Positions 1 through 8,615 of a stretch of 64,000 bases of DNA are shown one piece after another. The stretch lies in NCBI GenBank assembly GCA_041675205.1, contig JBAYUF010000001.1:84863-148862 (forward strand). The letters run 5' to 3'. Within the stretch, counting starts at the first letter, position 1; each line of letters starts with the position of its first letter. This DNA comes from Patescibacteria group bacterium (GTDB lineage: Bacteria; Patescibacteriota; Patescibacteriia; GWA2-46-9). The position numbers were made by a program, and so were the translations under genes. The notes under the pieces are model-generated. The model did not search any database. It was not told where the DNA came from and saw only the letters and a list, made by a program, of their open reading frames with translations.

Positions 1-221
1 CCCAGGCGCTTCGAACCTTGCTGCGTGTTGTTGGCGCTAAGAATAATGCTCGGGTGAACCTAAAAATTTACGAGCCAGAGGAAGAGCGACAGGCTCGTTT
101 TGCGAAGCGTGATGCTGAGCGACCACAGGGTGAAGCACCAAGTCGTGCCCCTCGTGAAGCGGCACCAATGACGAGAGACGAAGACATCGACACTAGTGCG
201 GTGGACGACCTCAAGATTTAG
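1..221 (+). CDS. khpA: KH-domain RNA-binding protein (KhpA/YlqC family), 5'-truncated by the window edge
   Basis: Reads QALRTLLRVVGAKNNARVNLKI, the C-terminal part of KhpA; sits upstream of trmD as in the usual rpsP-khpA-(rimM)-trmD order. Confidence 0.75.
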   Translation, partial: QALRTLLRVVGAKNNARVNLKIYEPEEERQARFAKRDAERPQGEAPSRAPREAAPMTRDEDIDTSAVDDLKI

Positions 222-240
222 TTCGTTTTTGTAGAACGAT

Positions 241-272
241 AAACATACCCCGACGTACGTCGGGGTATGTTT
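241..272. terminator. Perfect 32-bp palindrome followed by T-tracts (intrinsic terminator)
   Basis: AAACATACCCCGACGT/ACGTCGGGGTATGTTT followed by TTGCTTTTTTTT. Confidence 0.75.
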
Positions 273-307
273 TTGCTTTTTTTTCTTCAGTAGGTAATGA
301 TTGACTT

Positions 308-1015
308 ATGCTTACGATAGACATCCTTACCCTTTTTCCAAATATATTTGATTCGTACTATGGCGCGTCAATTTTAAAACGTGCGCAATCGAAGGGGGTT
401 GTTCGTATTGCCGCCCATAATATTCGTGATTTTACGGCTGGTCCGCAGCATATGACCGATGATCGACCATACGGAGGTGGGGCAGGCATGGTGATGTTGG
501 CAGAACCTATTTTGAAAGCGGTAGAGGCTGTGAAAAAAAACAGTAAGACTTCAGCAAAGCGACGAAAAATTATTGTTATGTCGGCCAAGGGAAAACCATT
601 TACTCAGAAAATGGCGTATACATGGGCGAAACAGTATGGTCACCTTGTTATTATTAGTGGTCGGTACGAAGGTATTGATGAACGAGTAACGAAAATTCTT
701 GCTGCCGAAGAAGTGTCGATTGGGCCCTATGTTCTGACCGATGGAGACGTGGCTGCTATGACTATCACTTCTGCGGTTACTCGGCTTTTGCCCGGTGCTA
801 TTCGACTGGAATCACTGGCTGAAGAATCTCACTGGGATGCACTCGTCAAAGAAGAGTCACAAGAGAATGGTTCGCTTGAGTACCCGCACTATACTCGACC
901 AGAAATCCTTACGTGGAAGCGCAAAAAGTACACGGTGCCGAAGGTCTTGCTTTCCGGAGATCATAAAAAAATTGACGAATGGCGTAAGAGTGAGCGACTA
1001 GAAAAAACCACTTGA
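308..1015 (+). CDS. trmD: tRNA (guanine37-N1)-methyltransferase
   Basis: Motifs LTLFP, DDRPYGGGAGMVM, GRYEGIDER, SIGPYVLTDG, LEYPHYTRP, VPKVLLSGDH. Confidence 0.97.
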   Translation: MLTIDILTLFPNIFDSYYGASILKRAQSKGVVRIAAHNIRDFTAGPQHMTDDRPYGGGAGMVMLAEPILKAVEAVKKNSKTSAKRRKIIVMSAKGKPFTQKMAYTWAKQYGHLVIISGRYEGIDERVTKILAAEEVSIGPYVLTDGDVAAMTITSAVTRLLPGAIRLESLAEESHWDALVKEESQENGSLEYPHYTRPEILTWKRKKYTVPKVLLSGDHKKIDEWRKSERLEKTT

Positions 1016-1215
1016 CTGACTACGTAACGGCTTTTAGGATTAGTGCACTACGCAACGTCCTAAAAAAGAGGAGGAAAGGAACGATGAAATCGAGCACCCG
1101 GCCGGTAGTCGTCTACGCCCGTAGTTACTGGTACAGTTTCCTGCGCTACTGGCGGAAACTGGAAGCCCGGTATGAAGAGTTTGATGCGACGTACCGTCGC
1201 ATCTATCCAAAGTGA
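1012..1215 (+). CDS. Small basic hypothetical protein (start uncertain; ATG at 1084 follows AGGAGGAAAGGA)
   Basis: ORF overlaps the trmD stop; purine-rich SD-like run upstream of an internal Met. Confidence 0.3.
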   Translation: MTDYVTAFRISALRNVLKKRRKGTMKSSTRPVVVYARSYWYSFLRYWRKLEARYEEFDATYRRIYPK

Positions 1216-1327
1216 GCCTTTGGGGCCGAGGGATGACGCCGTTGTCTCCCTCGGCCTCGGCACAATGGTTGACCGCTTTATGTAAACTCTGTATTATTTT
1301 TTCCAATCAAAGCGGAGGAGGATTGCG

Positions 1328-1447
1328 ATGGGTGTACTTGGAACCGTTGTGTTTGATGTAGTCATTGGGTGGCCGTTCGCCCTTGTGGCCTTTGTCCTCT
1401 GGAAAGACGGCGCATTCGATCAGCGCTCAAAGCCCCCAAAGGTTTGA
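1328..1447 (+). CDS. 39-aa single-TM small protein (not in ORF track)
   Basis: GGAGGAGGA upstream; MGVLGTVVFDVVIGWPFALVAFVLWKDGAFDQRSKPPKV*. Confidence 0.45.
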   Translation: MGVLGTVVFDVVIGWPFALVAFVLWKDGAFDQRSKPPKV

Positions 1448-1537
1448 GCAAAACCCGAGCCTGGAGGAGGCGAGGAATGGAAAAACTGAACCAGTTTTAC
1501 CACCTCGTTTCCTCCCGCGCTCGGCAAAAATGACCAC

Positions 1538-1566
1538 TTGACACCCCCGGCTGGGGGTTTTATTAT
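1538..1566 (+). promoter_or_regulatory. Sigma70-type rRNA promoter
   Basis: TTGACA-17 bp-TATTAT about 340 bp upstream of the 16S gene. Confidence 0.75.
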
Positions 1567-1791
1567 ATGTAGGCTAACAAATTAATAGCAAAGGCTATTT
1601 ACTAGCTAGCCGTTACAAGTGTAGTGGTCCCCGAGAAGCTTTTTCGGAGGCAGACAAAAGGGCGAAACTTTGGTTTCTCTCTTTTTTCTTCCGACGAGAG
1701 CGATTACCCAGAGAACGTGCTACGCCGCTTCAATTGAAGCGGTCGAGGAGTTCTTCAATCGTTTTTTCGGAAGCTAACAGAACATTGACAA

Positions 1792-1814
1792 CTGTACAGT
1801 GGTAAGGAAACTTC
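1792..1814 (+). other. 5' strand of the 16S precursor processing stem
   Basis: CTGTACAGTGGTAAGGAAACTTCA is complementary to TGAAGTTTCCTTCCACTGTACAG at 3503-3525 (one bulge). Confidence 0.8.
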
Positions 1815-1903
1815 ATTGATTTCTTTTCGCTGGATAAACGAGCCGGTGTGCTCGTGGACCAGCACCCTTCTTGGAAAGTATCGCAAGATATTTAAAAGAA
1901 GAT

Positions 1904-3387
<1,484 letters not shown>

Positions 3388-3534
3388 TAAGGAGATATAT
3401 ATGTTTCGTTTCTCACAAATGAAAACATAGCCAGTCGACCCCACATCGTTCAACTTTGTTGAACTATGAGGGGCCCCGCAAGGGTGGCAACACGAGAGAT
3501 ATTGAAGTTTCCTTCCACTGTACAGATTGTTAAT

Positions 3535-3570
3535 AAAAAACCACTCCGACAAGTAGTCGGAGTGGTTTTT
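3535..3570. terminator. Bidirectional intrinsic terminator after the 16S gene
   Basis: AAAAAACCACTCCGAC-AAGTA-GTCGGAGTGGTTTTT between convergent units. Confidence 0.85.
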
Positions 3571-3579
3571 GGTGTCTGT

Positions 3580-4413
3580 TTAGTTTTTTGAATCGTAGGT
3601 AGCGGAAAGAAAATTGAGTGATTTGCCACTGTCTTTGAGGAGTTTGGCGTTCAAAGCTTCAGCCGCTTTGAGGTAGGTTAGGAGTTCTGGCGGGCAGTCG
3701 GACGCTTCTAACGCCCGACGGTAGGCAGCGAAGTCTTTGATAAGGCAGTGCCCACCAACACCGCGACCATCGTCATGAATAACATCGGTAAAAGAGGATT
3801 CAATATTGGGGTCAGCCACGAGTGCCTCTCGCACGTCGTCGTATGAAACTTCGTAGTGCTGGCAGAGTTCGTAGAGTGAGTTAGCAAAAAGAATTTTTAA
3901 GTAGCGATACACATTGCCGCCGTACTTAACAAGCGCCGCCGCACGAGCGTCCATTATTTTTACGTACGGCGCGGGTGGGAGAATAGCAATGACTTCTTCG
4001 GCGTGTGGTCGTGAGATTTCTGTGACGCCAATGATATGTCGAGCTGGGTTCGCCACTTCTTCAGCTGCGTACAATGCTCGTAAAAATTCTGGCGCATGAA
4101 TGATGGCAACCCCTGGTCGGAGTGCCTGTAGTTTGTCGGTTGTTTCAGGGAGGATGGTTGATTTAATGACAAGCACAGCACCATCACGCACTAGCGGAAG
4201 GGCAGCGACTAGTGCGCTGTCGTCAAAGCCTTGTGGCGTGGTTGGTGTGGGGACAGCAATGAAAACGATGTCGCACGTTGCAATCGCCTCGCGGTTTTCG
4301 ATGAAGGCAGGTTCGAGGCTATAGCGAACAATGTCGTAACCTCGTGCGGCAAAATTGTCAGCGTACGCTTTGCCAACAAATCCTTGCCCAATGAAGCCGA
4401 TGCGTTTCGTCAT
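3580..4413 (-). CDS. UDP-glucose/GDP-mannose dehydrogenase family protein, short form
   Basis: Rossmann IGQGFVG, FIAVPTP, IKSTILP, PEFLR, catalytic GVGGHCLIKD; C-terminal UDP-binding domain absent. Start taken at MTKRIG. Confidence 0.85.
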   Translation of the reverse strand: MTKRIGFIGQGFVGKAYADNFAARGYDIVRYSLEPAFIENREAIATCDIVFIAVPTPTTPQGFDDSALVAALPLVRDGAVLVIKSTILPETTDKLQALRPGVAIIHAPEFLRALYAAEEVANPARHIIGVTEISRPHAEEVIAILPPAPYVKIMDARAAALVKYGGNVYRYLKILFANSLYELCQHYEVSYDDVREALVADPNIESSFTDVIHDDGRGVGGHCLIKDFAAYRRALEASDCPPELLTYLKAAEALNAKLLKDSGKSLNFLSATYDSKN

Positions 4414-4595
4414 GAATTTATTATACAACGAGAAAGTGGGGATGGTCATCAAAAATAAAAAAGCCCTCGATGGTGGGAGGTCATTGACGGGATACTTTAA
4501 CTTTTACACTTCGGTCAAGAAACAAATTTTGATGGCTTTCTAAAGTGCTTTGATAGATATTTTAAGGCTTGCCGACGTACTTCGCGTCGGGCCAG

Positions 4596-4922
4596 TTATT
4601 CACGAGTTTCTAAAGAATAAAGATCGTAGGCAATTTCTTCGTAAGGATGAACTTTTTTCAATGCCACTAGAACATCATCGACAACTGCAGCATCGCATTG
4701 GCATTCAATACGTTCTTCTTCTACTTCTTCAAATTTTCCGACCTCGCCTATGGTGGGATTAGCACCTTTCTCCGGCTTAAAACGACCAATCCCTCTAGTA
4801 CTAAAAGAACAGAAAGAATAATTTCCTAGTTTTCCAGCTCCGGCTTCGGCAATGGCTTTTCGACATTCATCGGCATTTGCCAAGGGCACCGTAAAAATGA
4901 GTTTGTATTTATTGGCCGACAT
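4596..4922 (-). CDS. YqfO/NIF3-insert (PII-like) small protein
   Basis: AGAGKLGNYSFCSF, GRFKPEKGANPTIG and HPYEEIAYD motifs. Confidence 0.85.
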   Translation of the reverse strand: MSANKYKLIFTVPLANADECRKAIAEAGAGKLGNYSFCSFSTRGIGRFKPEKGANPTIGEVGKFEEVEEERIECQCDAAVVDDVLVALKKVHPYEEIAYDLYSLETRE

Positions 4923-5114
4923 AAGGTCTCGATTGTTTGATAAGTATTATTGGTGGCTACGATGAATAGGGTCGAACCGTTCAAGGGAACTTTATTAGAT
5001 CCCGTCTTCAATTTCTCTCGGTATAAACCGAGCGAAGTTACTCGTAGTAAATCTATCGAACTATTCGAATGATGTTTTGGGTCCTCGTTCGAATAACTAA
5101 CCAAGCTGTAACTA

Positions 5115-5435
5115 TCATACAGAACGTATCCCTTTTTCCCGAAGAGCAGCGGTGACTTCTATGCGTTTTTTATTTTCTGGATCTTCAAACCCATTGGTAA
5201 ACGACACTGTTAAGCCACCTTCCCGATTGCGGCTGGCTCTGATGCCGTCCAGACCGTCATGGGCGATAGGAAATGTATAACGATTCTTAAGTTGTTCAAT
5301 TATTATTTCGTCTGAATATTCACGTGCGTTTAATCCGCACTCTGAAAGGACCTCTTTAATAATTGCTAGTGTACGGAAATACTCAGCATATTCTTGTGTT
5401 TCTAACCTTGGTTCCTGACTAGATTTTTCACCCAT
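5115..5435 (-). CDS. Hypothetical protein
   Basis: 106-aa ORF with natural composition; no motif recognised. Confidence 0.55.
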   Translation of the reverse strand: MGEKSSQEPRLETQEYAEYFRTLAIIKEVLSECGLNAREYSDEIIIEQLKNRYTFPIAHDGLDGIRASRNREGGLTVSFTNGFEDPENKKRIEVTAALREKGIRSV

Positions 5436-5581
5436 TATATTGAGGATTCAACTTTGAATAATATAAAGGTAAGACGTGATATTATTTTTAGCCATCCTTC
5501 GCCAAGGCTTCGGAGGACATTCTTCGCTTTTCTTCTTAACTACTTTATGGCTGTGCCATTCGTGGCTCGAAGAGCGAAGAA

Positions 5582-5658
5582 TGGTGGGCGTGGATGGACT
5601 CGAACCATCGACCTCTTCATTATCAGTGAAGTGCTCTAACCAACTGAGCTACACGCCC
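5582..5658 (-). tRNA. tRNA-Ile(GAT), CCA encoded
   Basis: Cloverleaf GGGCGTG...CTGATAA...GGTTCGAGTCC...CACGCCCACCA. Confidence 0.96.
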
Positions 5659-5754
5659 TTATGAATGCGAAATCTCAAATGAACAATGTTTCCAGTCTAC
5701 TACTCTTTACTATTCGACAAACCCGTCACGATACGAAGCGATGAGCGGGTAATC

Positions 5755-5784
5755 TCCGCCAGAGGCGGATCCGCCGTTGGCGGA
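5755..5784. repeat. REP-like double-hairpin repeat
   Basis: TCCGCCAGAGGCGGATCCGCCGTTGGCGGA; 26/30 identical to a copy at 41239-41268. Confidence 0.7.
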
Positions 5785-5952
5785 AGCTGCTTGTCCGCCG
5801 TAGTTCGCCGCGGCGAACGGAGGAGGGAGCTACACGCCCGTAATTTTCAATGTGGGGGCACTATAGCAGACGAGCTGGTGAGGTGCAATAATTGACCATT
5901 TCACCTTCTGTTCATTATGCTTGGCTCGAGGTCAGGAAGAGGAGGTGCCGCT

Positions 5953-6078
5953 GTGCCCAAGTTTCATTGGTACGAGGTAGTAACCTTGCCGATTCTTGCA
6001 GTCATCGGGCTGCTGGCCGCGGGCGCCTGTATGGCGTGGCTGTTCCAGCATCCCGAAGAGTGCAGAGGTCGTCGGTGA
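5953..6078 (+). CDS. 41-aa single-TM small protein (not in ORF track)
   Basis: AGGAGGTG SD, GTG start, MPKFHWYEVVTLPILAVIGLLAAGACMAWLFQHPEECRGRR*; GC-rich hairpin follows. Confidence 0.5.
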   Translation: MPKFHWYEVVTLPILAVIGLLAAGACMAWLFQHPEECRGRR

Positions 6079-6223
6079 ACTATCCGAGGGGGGGGGTATC
6101 CGAACACGGAGCCCCCCTCAATCCCTTTCGTCTTGCCTCATTGCCTGATATTGGGTACCTTTTGTCTACCCAATACTGCGTCGTTTTGTAGTTTTTATTG
6201 TTACATTTCCTGTTATGCCTCAT

Positions 6224-6298
6224 GCCGAGGTAGCTCAGTGGTAGAGCAGTGGTCTGAAGAACCACGTGTCGTCAGTTCGATTCTGACTCTCGGCACCA
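6224..6298 (+). tRNA. tRNA-Phe(GAA), CCA encoded, G at position 37
   Basis: GCCGAGG...GTGGT-CTGAAGA-ACCAC...GTTCGATTC...CTCGGCACCA. Confidence 0.95.
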
Positions 6299-6485
6299 AG
6301 ACGTTAAGGCAAACCTTCCGGTTTTCCTTAATATTCCTTTCCCTCAGCAGGAGGGCGTTCAAAAATTATTCCGTCGTCAGCGAACATAGTTCTACGGCCG
6401 ACGTACTCATAATTTTCTCACTCGCAGAAAACTCACTTTATGCAAAGAACCGTTCTGTTTTGCGCATAGGGTAGCTAAGTCTTAT

Positions 6486-6562
6486 CGGGGATTGGCGCAG
6501 TTGGCTAGCGCGCCTGCTTTGGGAGCAGGAGGCCGCCGGTTCGAGTCCGGCATCCCCGACCA
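6486..6562 (+). tRNA. tRNA-Pro(TGG), CCA encoded
   Basis: CGGGGAT...CCTGC-TTTGGGA-GCAGG...GGTTCGAGTCC...ATCCCCGACCA. Confidence 0.95.
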
Positions 6563-6600
6563 CATTAATTTACATTGCGACTTAGGTCGCAATGTTTTTA

Positions 6601-6854
6601 ATATCAGTAGTCCCGCATCCTAAGTTTCCATTCCTGCTAAGCAGGAATGTATAGTAAGTCGGTAGTGCCGCTAGCGAGCGGCGCAGAAGGGCGGGGCCAC
6701 ACAGTGAGTTTAGTTCATAAAAAATTCCCTGACCCAATTTGGGTCAGGGAATTTTTGGTGTCCCGCTGTGGCGGGACTACTGACTATTTAGAGTTATGGA
6801 CTTCGTCATAACTGAATTATTGAAGCCGCCCCACTACTGTGGGACTACTGATAT
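6601..6854. repeat. Inverted-repeat-bounded element (MITE-like) between convergent tRNAs
   Basis: ATATCAGTAGTCCCGCA (6601) vs TGTGGGACTACTGATAT (6838), 16/17 complementary; third partial copy near 6771. Confidence 0.5.
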
Positions 6855-7131
6855 TTTATACCTTTCGACCAGGTCGAAAGGATTGTTAATGATGCGGGAG
6901 GGAATTCCGACGCCCTTCGTCGCCAGCAGTGCGACTCAGTGCTCTGTCCTGGGCAGCGCTGAATGCTGCGCTTGCTCGCATCCATCGGCGCTCGCTTAAT
7001 TCGTCGCGTCTTCCGACGCTCCTCATTGCTTGCTGCTGCCCGCGACCGAAGGAAGTGCCTGTGGTATTCGATTCCCTCCGATCGTACATAAAAAATTCCC
7101 TGACCCAAATTGGGTCAGGGAATTTTTGGTG
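6716..7131. repeat. 45-bp direct repeat (palindromic terminator + tRNA-Leu 3' end) at 6716-6760 and 7087-7131
   Basis: CATAAAAAATTCCCTGACCCAAwTTGGGTCAGGGAATTTTTGGTG; 44/45 identical. Confidence 0.85.
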
Positions 7132-7213
7132 CCGCGGGAGGGAATCGAACCCTCACGAGGTTGCCCCCACAGGATTTTGAGTCCTGCGCGTATACCAGTT
7201 CCGCCACCGCGGC
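7127..7213 (-). tRNA. tRNA-Leu(CAA), CCA encoded
   Basis: CAGGA-CTCAAAA-TCCTG anticodon arm and long variable arm. Confidence 0.95.
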
Positions 7214-7365
7214 AGCACTCAAACAATAGTTCCTCTTCAGCACTCGCCCATCAATTGTGCTCAAAAGCGTTGAAAGGCAGGTGAGGCGCATTGTATTTGT
7301 GTTCTGGTGCGTTGTCAAAGGGGCGCAAGTGAAGGTATACTGCCCCTCATTAATGTATACACAGT

Positions 7366-8157
7366 ATGTCTGAACTGCGTTCCGTTACCCTAGCCTCCAT
7401 AGATACAAATCCTTGGCAACCAAGGCACGATTTCGCCGTTGAAGAATTGGCTGGTCTGGCTGCTTCAATAAAAGAGCACGGCATTCTTCAGCCACTTGTT
7501 GTAACTGAACTACCAAGCGGTCGCTACCAACTTATTGCTGGTGAACGGAGGTTTCGGGCTGCGAAACAAGCCGGATTGTCGAAGGTATTTGTCATTGTGC
7601 GCGAAGCGAATAATCAACAGCGATTAGAATTGGCTCTCGTTGAAAACTTGCAGCGACAGGATTTAAACCCCATTGAACGAGCACTAGCATATCAGCGGCT
7701 GATGCAGGAGTTTCAACTAACGCAGGTTCAGGCGGGTGAACGGGTGGGAAAAACACGTTCGGCGGTTGCTAATGCCTTGCGACTCCTTGATTTACCGGCA
7801 AAGATTCAAGAAGCAGTCCGACAAGGTGTGCTTACTGAAGGGCATGCGAAAGTTATTGCTGGGTTACCTACAACACAGCAGATGAGTTTCTTTGAACGAG
7901 TAATGGCTGGAAATTTGTCTGTTAGAGAAACGGAACGAATTGGTCGCAAAGTTAAAGCTGGCCGCCCTGCCGCCCAAGCGTCAGTAAACGAGGATGAGAT
8001 AATCGATCACTACCGGGGACTACTCGAGGGGGAGCTAGCGACGAAGGTAGAAATTAATGACAAGGCTGGTTCAGGTGAGGTAACTATTCATTTTTATAGC
8101 GAAGAAGAATTGCAACGAGTGGTACGAAAGATTTTAGGCAAAGAAGAGGGGGAGTAA
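7366..8157 (+). CDS. parB: ParB/Spo0J chromosome partitioning protein
   Basis: NPWQPR, HGILQPLVV, YQLIAGERRFRAAK, ALVENLQRQDLNPIE, HTH. Confidence 0.95.
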   Translation: MSELRSVTLASIDTNPWQPRHDFAVEELAGLAASIKEHGILQPLVVTELPSGRYQLIAGERRFRAAKQAGLSKVFVIVREANNQQRLELALVENLQRQDLNPIERALAYQRLMQEFQLTQVQAGERVGKTRSAVANALRLLDLPAKIQEAVRQGVLTEGHAKVIAGLPTTQQMSFFERVMAGNLSVRETERIGRKVKAGRPAAQASVNEDEIIDHYRGLLEGELATKVEINDKAGSGEVTIHFYSEEELQRVVRKILGKEEGE

Positions 8158-8218
8158 TTTTTGACTATTTATTACCTCAGTTTTAAACCTATCCCACATT
8201 TATATTTCGTTTAGTTTA

Positions 8219-8609
8219 TTGTTCACTTTCTTGCTTGTCCAAGAAAGTGGTCGCAAAGAAGGACACCCTCACTCCGACACTTACGCGACTTCTCGCACTC
8301 TGGCACAGACTGGTCATGAACTCCTCACTATTTGTTCGTCAGACAGCATGACCAGTGTTTTGTCTGTGCCAGAGTGCTGGTCGCTGTGGTGCCTACGCTA
8401 AAGGGTTAAGAATCCAAAAAACCCGTTAGCGACGTCAGCCCAGCGGTGCTGCAAGAGCTTGCGCTTTGGAAACGGCCATGTGTTCGACAAAGCGGGAAGC
8501 TGAGAAGTTCATGGCCGAGCTGCAAGGTCGCGCAGCTAACCGCGTCGCTAGCGGCGCGAGGGCATCGTTCTTTTGGTAACTTTTCTTGGATGAGCAAGAA
8601 AAGTTACAG
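8219..8609. mobile_element. Non-coding, highly structured element with ~50-bp imperfect terminal inverted repeats (MITE/REPIN-like)
   Basis: Arms ACTTTCTTGCTTGTCCAAGAAAGT...CAAAGAAGGACACCCT and AGGGCATCGTTCTTTTGGTAACTTTTCTTGGATGAGCAAGAAAAGTTAC, plus internal long hairpins. Confidence 0.55.
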
Positions 8610-8615
8610 TATTCA

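Noticed and set aside
4960-5104. Possible decayed GIY-YIG nuclease remnant (IYYE*, REKLKTG on the minus strand)
   Set aside because: Two short motif-like words in broken frames are too little to support a call
5454-7318. Numerous 60-113 aa ORFs
   Set aside because: They overlap tRNA genes and hairpin repeats; no recognisable motifs
7366-8157. parB without adjacent parA as a sign of a plasmid or prophage
   Set aside because: Typical chromosomal Spo0J sequence; no mobile-element genes nearby and no parS consensus noticed
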